A stretch of 62,973 nucleotides of DNA from positions 1-62,973 of the forward strand of contig CAMGEN010000006.1 in assembly GCA_946055075.1 (NCBI GenBank), in the 5' to 3' direction. A program made the position numbers and the translations under genes. The notes under the pieces are model-generated. The model worked only from the letters and a program-made list of their open reading frames with translations, was not told where the DNA came from and made no database searches. Shown here in pieces: positions 19,312-27,994 of the stretch. The DNA comes from an uncultured Verrucomicrobiota bacterium. GTDB lineage: Bacteria > Verrucomicrobiota > Kiritimatiellia > RFP12 > UBA1067. Within the stretch, counting starts at the first letter, position 1, and each line of letters begins with the position of its first letter.

Positions 19312-19911
19312 TTATTTCCAATTGGAAATAGCATGAATTATATCGGAAAAACGGACTTTTGCCGCCTCAGCATTACGCTCGGTATTCAAAACAATCCGCA
19401 TGGCGCAAGACTCAAATTCAGCATAAATGGCATCAGATGTTCTATCTTCCAGCAGAATCTCAGGGAACTCACCTGCCTTCTTACCATGAGAAACGAGTAA
19501 TTTAATCGCATTACGGGTTCCGTATGTATATTCCGCAATACCGGCACTCATATCGGCACCAGTACGAACCATCCCTACCACGAAATCGAAAACGGCGATC
19601 ACAAACTCGCGATGCGCAAACATCTCATCAGCAACAGCATGACAGATGCCGATAAGTTTCTCGCTTGCAGACGCGCGAGACGCCATGATCTTCGTACAAC
19701 GCCCCTCAATGATATCCACCACCTGCTGGATTGAGGCATCCAGCACCTCACGCTTGGAACAGAAATATCTATAAAGAACAGTGCGGGAGACACCCGCCGC
19801 TGCCGCAATCATAATCAGCGAGACATTATCATATCCGACTTGCGAAAAGAGACGAAGAGCCTTAGCAGCAATCTCCTTCTTACGCTGCTCGTGATCAACC
19901 TTCCTTGCCAT
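19312..19911 (-). CDS. TetR/AcrR-family regulator
   Basis: N-terminal HTH: IAAAAGVSRTVLYRYFCSK. Confidence 0.9.
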   Translation of the reverse strand: MARKVDHEQRKKEIAAKALRLFSQVGYDNVSLIMIAAAAGVSRTVLYRYFCSKREVLDASIQQVVDIIEGRCTKIMASRASASEKLIGICHAVADEMFAHREFVIAVFDFVVGMVRTGADMSAGIAEYTYGTRNAIKLLVSHGKKAGEFPEILLEDRTSDAIYAEFESCAMRIVLNTERNAEAAKVRFSDIIHAISNWK

Positions 19912-21256
19912 TACCAATCTCCTCAAAATATGTTTTCATCCCAACACCTTTTGCAACATGCCCCACAAATTCAGCTGCTGGCGCGTTCTTCGCTGTAGGA
20001 ACGAAATCCACTGAAGGCCGACACCCCACACGACGGGAAACCCATTCATACATGAAACATTCGAGAGTACGCCCCATAGCCCTGCAACTAATCACGAAAT
20101 CCGAAATCCGCCGCCCATCCTTATCAATTATAACATAACCAACTATTCCCTGCTCGCCGAACTTATCTCCCGCTCTGAAGATAAAAACCCTCGCCGTACC
20201 ACAACCAGTTCCCGCCTCCACTAGATTCTCGAACTCTTCCCTGGACCGCCTAATGGTTGTGCAATTGAACTGATTGGTCTTGCCAGCCATCTGTGCAAGA
20301 CGATCAAGATCACGTGCTTCCGCCGGCCGCGCCTCCACCCAGAGTCCGAGTGAGCCGAGATATTCGTCCTTATTCCGCGGCAGGGATGACGCGTCAACGA
20401 TTCTGCGCCGATAGTCCGCCGCCCGCAGCCTGTCCTCCTCGGTCTTGCCGACATCAGCGAAAAAATACTCCCTGAGCCGCCGGACAAGCTGTTTCTCATG
20501 CCTCACCGATTCCCCATTCCCAATTCCCAATTCCCAATTCCCCATTCCCAATTCCCCATTCCCCTTCCATCCGTTCCACGGCGCCACCACAACCTCAGGC
20601 AGGTGAGCCTTCATCTGCGCACGCTCATGTGGGTTGTCATCGACGAAGACGACGGAATCGAGTCCGAGATTCAGTTCACGACAGACCTCGATCAGATTGC
20701 CGGCTTTAGGTTCCCAGTTAACGCGGCTGGCGGCAAACAAAGAATGAAGAATGGAAAACGAAGATTCGCGGCAGGCCAGTTTCGCTATAGAGCCGGGATC
20801 ATTCTTGGAGAGCAGCACGAGAACGACTCCGTCATCGGCGAGTGCCTTTAGCCCCTTCAAGAACTCTTCGCAAAGCACCAACGCATCCGGCCCATCCTCA
20901 CTTAAAATTCCATGCCAAAGCGTATTATCCGCATCCACGGCGAGAATCTTTGGGGGCTGAACAGCAATTGAACGGGAGTTGGACGAGAGTCTGGTGGGAG
21001 TTGTGCGGGAAGCGATGAACCAGCCGAACTCCTCAACAATCGCCTCGATGCCGACGAGTGAATACGGACACCCAGCAAGTTTCTCCATGCGCGGATCATA
21101 AAAACCCGGCGTCTCTTCGGCCAAAAGCCGTTCATGCGACGTCACGTCGTAGATAACATCTGGAACTTCTCCAGGAGCGGCGACGCCGTACCCCGCTCTC
21201 GCGAAGTACGGCGCAATCAGCTCAAGCTGAACGGGACCTGTCAGCGCGACTTTCAC
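19895..21256 (-). CDS. FkbH-like HAD-IIIC phosphatase/transferase
   Basis: DADNTLW, SKND, VFVDDNPHER, KTNQFN, DKFGEQG and SCRAMGR motifs. Confidence 0.88.
   Translation of the reverse strand: MKVALTGPVQLELIAPYFARAGYGVAAPGEVPDVIYDVTSHERLLAEETPGFYDPRMEKLAGCPYSLVGIEAIVEEFGWFIASRTTPTRLSSNSRSIAVQPPKILAVDADNTLWHGILSEDGPDALVLCEEFLKGLKALADDGVVLVLLSKNDPGSIAKLACRESSFSILHSLFAASRVNWEPKAGNLIEVCRELNLGLDSVVFVDDNPHERAQMKAHLPEVVVAPWNGWKGNGELGMGNWELGIGNGESVRHEKQLVRRLREYFFADVGKTEEDRLRAADYRRRIVDASSLPRNKDEYLGSLGLWVEARPAEARDLDRLAQMAGKTNQFNCTTIRRSREEFENLVEAGTGCGTARVFIFRAGDKFGEQGIVGYVIIDKDGRRISDFVISCRAMGRTLECFMYEWVSRRVGCRPSVDFVPTAKNAPAAEFVGHVAKGVGMKTYFEEIGNGKEG
20509..20564. repeat. In-frame heptamer tract (ATTCCCM)x8 in the FkbH-like gene
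   Basis: Eight consecutive units encoding GNGELGMGNWELGIGNGE. Confidence 0.92.
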
Positions 21257-22749
21257 TGTTCTCTCGAGAGTCCGCCTCCAAGAGCCTTATAGAGATCAAT
21301 GAGATCAACGGTAATCTGTCCTCGGGAAATGACGAGCTGTTCGGCGAACTGCAGCAACGAACGCTGCGCATCAAGGACGTTGTTGAAGTCCTTGAGTCCG
21401 TTCTTGTACAGGTCTTGCGAAATCGACACTGCGTCCTGCGCCGACTTAACCGCCGCCTGCAACGACTGATAGCGATGATATTCCTGCGTATACGCCGAAT
21501 AAGCGTCACGCACTCCGACATAGGCGTTATCAACCGCGAGTTCATAGGCAAGCGCAGCCTCACGAGCAGAAGCCTCGGTCGCCTTGACATTCGCATAAAT
21601 GGCTCCGCCCTGGAGAATCGGCCAACTGACGGATGGTCCCAGAGAAGCAATGAACGAATCGGCGGTAAAGAGCCTTGTGCGCTTATTGTTCTGAAAGCCA
21701 ACGCTTCCGGTGATGAACAACCTCGGGAACCACTGCGCCTTGGCCACACCGATCTGTGCAGTTACTGCCGCCAGCTTACGTTCGGCGACTTTCACATCAG
21801 GACGCGAGCGAATCCAGTCAAGCGGTAGCTCGCCAATCCTCTGCGGAGCCAGGAGCCAATCTCGATCATCCGGAAGCGCCTCAAGCGCTTCATCCAGGGC
21901 GCCTGGACGTTCACCAGCGAGGATAGCGATAGCATTCTTAAGCGCCTCCTCTTGCGCGAGCATCGGAGGAATACCGGCACGCGTCTGCTCGACGACGTAC
22001 GCACACTGATTAACGGCAAGTTCGTCACCGATGCCAGAATCGAAACGAGACTTCAGGATCTCGTATGTCTCACTCTGGAGCTTAAGGTTACGGCGCGCGA
22101 CCGCAAGTCGCGCCTGTGTAGTCCGGAGATTAATATACTGCTGTCCGATCTGAGTCGTAAGCGCAAGCCACGCGTCCGCCACCGTCCAACCGGCGGCCTC
22201 CGCCTGCGCTATCGACGCCTCCGTAAGACGACGACTACCGCCAAAGATATCAATCTCCCAAGTACCATCCAATGTAACCTGCTGGGCGTTGATTGCAGAA
22301 AAGTTCTTGCCAAAGGCCGATCCGGTCGGCGTATGCTTGCCATACCAATTGCGATTCCATGCGCCATTAGCGGTGAACTTCGGCATAAACGCAGCATAAC
22401 TGCCAAGAAGTTCCCACTGAGCCTTATTCAATCGTTCCTGGGCCATTCGGAAGGACAGGTTATTGGTGACAGCTCCCTCAACAAGCCGTTCAAGCAGAGG
22501 ATCATCGAATCGCTTCCACCACTTGCACATCACGTCGTCGGAGATGACGACACGGACATCGTTATTGGAGTCCGCCGCCTTATATTCGCAAGTGTCGGTG
22601 TAATTGGTGGTGGGGAGTCCGGCATCAGGGAGGAAATACCTAGACTCCTTAAGCTCTGGCTCCTCGTAGGACGGGCCCACAGACGGAATCCACGAGGCAC
22701 AGCCAGTGAATGCGGCAAAGGACGCGATAATCGGATACTTGAGTTTCAT
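21253..22749 (-). CDS. RND efflux outer-membrane lipoprotein (OprM/NodT-like)
   Basis: Lipobox FTGC, WWKRFDDPLL, WEIDIFG, RPDV and LYKALGGG motifs. Confidence 0.92.
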   Translation of the reverse strand: MKLKYPIIASFAAFTGCASWIPSVGPSYEEPELKESRYFLPDAGLPTTNYTDTCEYKAADSNNDVRVVISDDVMCKWWKRFDDPLLERLVEGAVTNNLSFRMAQERLNKAQWELLGSYAAFMPKFTANGAWNRNWYGKHTPTGSAFGKNFSAINAQQVTLDGTWEIDIFGGSRRLTEASIAQAEAAGWTVADAWLALTTQIGQQYINLRTTQARLAVARRNLKLQSETYEILKSRFDSGIGDELAVNQCAYVVEQTRAGIPPMLAQEEALKNAIAILAGERPGALDEALEALPDDRDWLLAPQRIGELPLDWIRSRPDVKVAERKLAAVTAQIGVAKAQWFPRLFITGSVGFQNNKRTRLFTADSFIASLGPSVSWPILQGGAIYANVKATEASAREAALAYELAVDNAYVGVRDAYSAYTQEYHRYQSLQAAVKSAQDAVSISQDLYKNGLKDFNNVLDAQRSLLQFAEQLVISRGQITVDLIDLYKALGGGLSREQ

Positions 22750-25700
22750 CAGTTGGCCTTTCTCGAATTAAGTTCACGACGGCGTTGCGCAGTCGTGCCG
22801 ACATACGCAAAGAATCGCTTGGCGTTCTCGCGCCAGGTCTGGAACAGCGCGTAGAGCCCTGGCACCAACAGAATGCCGAACGCGACAGACGCGAACATAC
22901 CCCAGAACTCGGTCGTGCCGAGATGGTTTCGACTTGCCGCGCCGGCACCGGTCGCGATCATCATCGGAAGCGTGCCGAGTAGTGTCGTGAGCGCGGTCAT
23001 CAGCAATGCACGCAACCGTTCGCCCGCCGCACTGCCCGCCGCATCAACGATGGATGCCCCTTCCTTCTCGTGCTTGTCCTTGGCGAACTCGACAATCAGG
23101 ATGGCGTTCTTCGAGGCGAGCCCCACCAGCAGGACGAGTCCGAGCTGCGCGTAGACGGACAGCGAAAACGGTGCCCCGGTGGTAAGAATACCCCAGTAGC
23201 GAAGCCCCAGGAGAGCACCGAGAACGGCAACGAAGATCGAGAGCATCACGGGAAGCGGAATCGTCCAGCTTTCGTACTGCGCCACAAGGAAGAGATAGCC
23301 GAAGATGACCGCGAGGAGGATCAGCGGCGCAGCCGTGCCCTCGTTACGGGCCTCCTGATAGGAGATATCCGTCCAGGAGATGTCAAAGCCCTCGGGGAGC
23401 TCGTCCTTGCAGAGCTTCCGGATCTCCTGCATCATCGTGCCGGAGGCGACGCCAGGCAAGGGGATGACGGTCACCATCGCGCCGAGGTACTTGTCGCGGG
23501 TGGCGACGGTCCGCGGACCAAGCTCGCGAGTCATCGTGCCAAGAGAACCGATCGGCACCATCGCGCCGGTCTCGCTACGGACGAACAGGCGGGCCACGTC
23601 ATCTGGTGTCGCGCGGCCGGAGAAGTCGGACTGCACCATCACGCGGTTTACCTGCGTTCCGAGATTGACGTCGTTCACGTAGCGCGAACCGAGGTAGTTC
23701 TGCATCGTGGAATACACCGTAGCGACCGGCACCTTGAGCATCTCGGCCTTCACGCGGTCGAGGTTGAAGTAGAGCTTCGGCGTCTTCGCGTTGAAGCCAG
23801 ACATCGCGACCATCACGTCCTGGCGCTGGTTGAGCTTCATCAGCAGGTTGCCCAGCACGGCATCGACCTTCATCGGATCGGTATCCACCTTGTTTAGCAC
23901 GTGGAAACAGATGCCGTTCGCCACGCCGAGACCGGGGATGGCCGGCGGCGTGAAGACGCTCCAGACAGGCTCTGGGATCGCCTGCAGCTTCCCCTGGATG
24001 CGCTTCACCATCTGCAGGGCGTGTTGCTCGGGATTCCGGCGCTCAGACCAGTCGGTGAGGTCGATCATCATGAAGCAGAGGTTCTCACCGCGACCGCCCA
24101 TCAGCGAAAAGCCGGTGATCGTAAGGACGCAGCGGACCTCGGGGATACTGCGTAGCAGCTCCACCGCGCGCAGCGAGACGTCGCGCGTACGGTCGCGGGC
24201 GGTGCCCTCGGGCATCTCCAGCTGGGCGAACACTACGTGCTGGTCCTCGTCAGGCAGGAAGCTCGTCTCGGTCTGCATGAAGAACTGGACGGTCAGCATG
24301 ATCACCAGCACCAGCAGCATCGCCGTAAGGAAGAGCCGCGAGGCGAGCCACTTGGCGCAGCCGACGAAGAAGCCCTTGAAGGAGGTAATCATCGAGTTGA
24401 ACCACGCGAACGGTCCGTGTAGGAACGGACGCGCCTCGTGAAGCAGTAGCGAGCAGAGCGCCGGGGCTAGCGTCAGCGCACAGAGCGTCGAGAAGCACAC
24501 CGCCGCAGACAGCGTGATCGAGAACTGCTGGTAAATACGCCCGGTGATGCCGCTCATGAAGCCCACCGGCACGAAGATTCCGAGTAGTACGAGCGTCGTC
24601 GCGATGACGGCCGAGGTGACGTCGCTCATCGCCTGGATCGTCGCCTCCTTCGCGTTGTAACCGCGGGTCTCAATCAAGTACTGCACGCGTTCGACCACGA
24701 CAATGCAGTCGTCGACCACCACGCCGATCGAAAGGACGAGGCCGAAGAGGGTCAGCAGGTTGATGGAGTAGCCGAGCGCGGCCATCAGGATGAAGGTCGC
24801 GCAGATCGACACCGGAATCGTCAGACACGGGATCAACGTCGCGCGCCAGTCCTGAAGGAAGAGATAGCAGACGAATACGACGAGGCCGAAGGTAATGAGC
24901 AACGTCATCACGATCTCCTTGATGCACATACGCACATAGTCTGTCGCATCGTAAGGAGTGGTCCACTTGAGGTCCTCGGGGAAGCCCTTCTCGAGTTCGC
25001 GCATCACATCATACACCTCGTTCATCGTCGCGATGGCATTCGCGCCCGGCTTCTGAGCCAAGCCAATCGACACCGCGCTCTTGCCATCGAACTGGCTGGT
25101 GAACATGTAGTTCTCCTCTCCGACCTCGGTGCGGGCGACATCCCTGAGCCGCACCATGCCGCCCTTTTCGTCACGGCGCACGACGATATCTTCGAACTCC
25201 TTGACGCTCATTAGGCGCCCCTTGGAGATCAATGTGACCGTCTTCGCACCGTGCTCGGCGACGGGGCTCGCACCGATCTTGCCGATCGAGGCCTGCACAT
25301 TCTGCTTCGAGACTGCCGCAATCACCTCTTCGGAGTTCATCCCCTGCGCCGCCATGCGCTCGGGATCGAGCCACACGCGAATCGCCAGACGCGGTCCGTA
25401 AATCGTCGCCTCACCGACGCCCGGGATTCGCAGGAGCACCGGCTGCACGTTGCCGTAGAGGTAGTCGGAGATCTGCTGACGGGTCATAGTGCCCTTCGGG
25501 GAATGGAAACAGATGAATCCGAGCTGATCCTCGCTCTGCGCACGGATCTTCCGCCCGAGCTGAGTGACCTCAGTCGGCAGCTTAGCCTCGGCCTCGGCGA
25601 CGCGGTTCTGAACCTTCACCATGTCCATATCGCGGTCGGACTCGACCTCGAAGCTGACTGTCAGCTCGTAGCTGCCGTCATCGGAACACTCACCGGTCAT

Positions 25701-25973
25701 GTAAAGCATGTCGTCGACGCCGTTCACCGAATCCTCAACCGGCATCGCGACCGAATTCATAACCGCCGAAGCATTAGCGCCATAGTAGTTGTACGTCACG
25801 CTGATGGTCGGCGGCGTAAGCCGCGGATATTGCGAAATCGGCAACGTGAAGATGGACATCACGCCAGCGATCGCGAGCACGATCGCGATCACCATCGCGA
25901 AGCGCGGACGCTCAACGAAGATCCTGGAAAACGGCTTCAACGCGTCAACCGCCGCCCTGATTCCTAGTTTCAT
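22749..25973 (-). CDS. RND efflux permease (AcrB/MexB-like)
   Basis: 1074 aa with FVERPRFA, IGVVVDD, KNAILIVEFA and ERLR motifs. Confidence 0.96.
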   Translation of the reverse strand: MKLGIRAAVDALKPFSRIFVERPRFAMVIAIVLAIAGVMSIFTLPISQYPRLTPPTISVTYNYYGANASAVMNSVAMPVEDSVNGVDDMLYMTGECSDDGSYELTVSFEVESDRDMDMVKVQNRVAEAEAKLPTEVTQLGRKIRAQSEDQLGFICFHSPKGTMTRQQISDYLYGNVQPVLLRIPGVGEATIYGPRLAIRVWLDPERMAAQGMNSEEVIAAVSKQNVQASIGKIGASPVAEHGAKTVTLISKGRLMSVKEFEDIVVRRDEKGGMVRLRDVARTEVGEENYMFTSQFDGKSAVSIGLAQKPGANAIATMNEVYDVMRELEKGFPEDLKWTTPYDATDYVRMCIKEIVMTLLITFGLVVFVCYLFLQDWRATLIPCLTIPVSICATFILMAALGYSINLLTLFGLVLSIGVVVDDCIVVVERVQYLIETRGYNAKEATIQAMSDVTSAVIATTLVLLGIFVPVGFMSGITGRIYQQFSITLSAAVCFSTLCALTLAPALCSLLLHEARPFLHGPFAWFNSMITSFKGFFVGCAKWLASRLFLTAMLLVLVIMLTVQFFMQTETSFLPDEDQHVVFAQLEMPEGTARDRTRDVSLRAVELLRSIPEVRCVLTITGFSLMGGRGENLCFMMIDLTDWSERRNPEQHALQMVKRIQGKLQAIPEPVWSVFTPPAIPGLGVANGICFHVLNKVDTDPMKVDAVLGNLLMKLNQRQDVMVAMSGFNAKTPKLYFNLDRVKAEMLKVPVATVYSTMQNYLGSRYVNDVNLGTQVNRVMVQSDFSGRATPDDVARLFVRSETGAMVPIGSLGTMTRELGPRTVATRDKYLGAMVTVIPLPGVASGTMMQEIRKLCKDELPEGFDISWTDISYQEARNEGTAAPLILLAVIFGYLFLVAQYESWTIPLPVMLSIFVAVLGALLGLRYWGILTTGAPFSLSVYAQLGLVLLVGLASKNAILIVEFAKDKHEKEGASIVDAAGSAAGERLRALLMTALTTLLGTLPMMIATGAGAASRNHLGTTEFWGMFASVAFGILLVPGLYALFQTWRENAKRFFAYVGTTAQRRRELNSRKAN

Positions 25974-26025
25974 ATCTGTATCACCTCAAAAGCTGCTTAT
26001 CGTCTCCCCAACCACCGTCATGAGT

Positions 26026-27252
26026 TCAATCATCGACCGGCGACTTGAAATTAGGATTCAGATCGTCATTATCCGTCGCCTCGGCGACAATCACCTTCAT
26101 GCCCGGACGGAGCTTGGAGACACCGGAGATAACGACCTTCTCGCCGACCTTCAGCCCGTTCACCACCGGCGTCCACCCCTCGTAGGACTCGCGGGTAGTG
26201 ATGACACGCTGATCGACCGTGCCATCCTCCTTGAGCACGAAGACGCCCTGGTTGCCGCCGGCGAGGTTGATGACCGCCTGCTGCGGCACGCACGCGAGCG
26301 GCTTGGGATTGCGACTGTCGGCGAGCAACGTGAGATAGCTGTTAGGAACAAGCAGCCGGTCCGGATTGGCGAAGCTGAGACGCATGATAATCGTCGCGGT
26401 CTCGCGGCTCATCTGGTTGTCGTCGAAATCATAAACACCCTCGTAGCCGTAGACGTCGCCATTCGGCAGCACGAGCCGCGTACGCACCTCGTCATTAACG
26501 TTGCGCCCATTGCGCTGGGCCTCGCGCATCTCGACGAAAGCGCGGTCGGTCAGCGGGAACGTAACGCGGATCGGGTCAACCTGCATGATGTGCGCGAGAG
26601 CACCCTTCGAAGGCGCCACGTAATCACCCACATGGGCGGTAGTCTTGCCGATCTGGCCAGAGATCGGAGCGAAGATCTGCGTCTTCTTGAGGTCGTATTC
26701 GGCGACGATGAGGTTCGCCTTCGCCTGCAACACCGCGGCCTTCGAGCGCTCAGCCTCAGCCTCGGCGTTATCGCGCTCGAGCTGGGTGATGCCGCGCTTG
26801 TCCGCCTTCTGCATACGCTCGTAGTAGCGCTCGGCACGGCGCTGCTCGGCCTCAGCCGCCGCGAGGTCCGCCCGACGCTGGTTCGCAACCGCCTGGTAAC
26901 GCTCGTCATCCAGCACATAGAGCAGCTGTCCCTCCTTGACGAGATCGCCCTCCTTGAACTTGATCTCCCTCACATATCCGTCTACCTGCGGCAGCAGATC
27001 GACCTCCTGCACCGCCTCGGCATGCGCCACGTATCGGTTGGGGAGATTGTAGGGCCGCTGCTCGACGGCACGTACCGCCACCGTCGGATCGGCACCATGC
27101 GCCATCATCGCCATCTGAGCTTTCTTCTTGGCCATCATGTAGCCGGTGTAGATGCCACAGCCAATCCAACCGCCGGCTACGCAAACTGCAGCCAGGACGG
27201 CCGTCGCGACAACCTCACCAACCTTCGACTTGTTCTCGTTTTTCTCGTTCAT
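26026..27252 (-). CDS. RND periplasmic adaptor (MFP)
   Basis: PQVDGY...FKEGDLVKEGQLL and IFAPISG motifs. Start inferred from a GGAG Shine-Dalgarno before MNEK. Confidence 0.92.
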   Translation of the reverse strand: MNEKNENKSKVGEVVATAVLAAVCVAGGWIGCGIYTGYMMAKKKAQMAMMAHGADPTVAVRAVEQRPYNLPNRYVAHAEAVQEVDLLPQVDGYVREIKFKEGDLVKEGQLLYVLDDERYQAVANQRRADLAAAEAEQRRAERYYERMQKADKRGITQLERDNAEAEAERSKAAVLQAKANLIVAEYDLKKTQIFAPISGQIGKTTAHVGDYVAPSKGALAHIMQVDPIRVTFPLTDRAFVEMREAQRNGRNVNDEVRTRLVLPNGDVYGYEGVYDFDDNQMSRETATIIMRLSFANPDRLLVPNSYLTLLADSRNPKPLACVPQQAVINLAGGNQGVFVLKEDGTVDQRVITTRESYEGWTPVVNGLKVGEKVVISGVSKLRPGMKVIVAEATDNDDLNPNFKSPVDD

Positions 27253-27292
27253 TTTCTTTTTCTCCAAATTCTCGGTCATCCGCACACCCGCA

Positions 27293-27910
27293 CTAAGAGC
27301 GTATCGAATTCCACATGGCCGCATAGGTATTGGCGAGCGTTTCCCTTAGATCGCACTCGAGGAAACGCTCGATCTTGGACTGCACCAGCCCATCCCACAC
27401 CGACACCGCGACCGTGGCGATCGCCACCGGGTTGACGCCCTTGCGCACCCTACCGGACGAAATGTCGTTCTCAACCGCCCGGATGAAGGTGTGATACGGA
27501 CCATTCATATCGCGCGACAGAAGCCTCGCCCTAGTCTCGGCCATCGAATCGTCGCTCCACTTTATCTGGGTCTTCATCAACATGAAGAACGCCGCACTCT
27601 TGGCATCCTCAACCAGACGCTCAGCGGTCTGCACCATCATGTCGGCGACGGCAGGAAAAGTCAGCTCACCCTTGGGCAGGAACTCCATCAGCCGGCGCTG
27701 GAACTTCGACATCAGCTCCTCCACCAGCGCCATCAGCAGCTTCTCCTTCGTCTCGAAATGCCAGTAGACCGCACCCTTGGTCATCTTAAGCCGTTCGGCA
27801 ATGTCAGTAAATGTGGTACGATCATAACCTTTCTTGACAAAAAGCGATAAGGCGCTAACGAGTATCCTCGTGCGCGTCTTTTCCGCCTCCATCTTGCTTT
27901 TCCTAGCCAC
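27293..27910 (-). CDS. TetR/AcrR-family repressor of the efflux operon
   Basis: DIAERLKMTKGAVYWHF HTH; GTG start. Confidence 0.92.
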   Translation of the reverse strand: MARKSKMEAEKTRTRILVSALSLFVKKGYDRTTFTDIAERLKMTKGAVYWHFETKEKLLMALVEELMSKFQRRLMEFLPKGELTFPAVADMMVQTAERLVEDAKSAAFFMLMKTQIKWSDDSMAETRARLLSRDMNGPYHTFIRAVENDISSGRVRKGVNPVAIATVAVSVWDGLVQSKIERFLECDLRETLANTYAAMWNSIRS

Positions 27911-27917
27911 GATATAT

Positions 27918-27948
27918 ATTATAACATACCTACCAGTATGTATGTCAA
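27918..27948 (-). promoter_or_regulatory. Sigma70-type promoter with an overlapping AcrR-like operator
   Basis: TTGACA (27948-27943) and TGtTATAAT (-10 at 27923-27918), with the palindrome ACATAC-N10-GTATGT at 27924-27945. Confidence 0.8.
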
Positions 27949-27994
27949 TCGGAAAAATCGTAGGAAATCCTGTCTTTTGGTCAAACCAAGAGGG

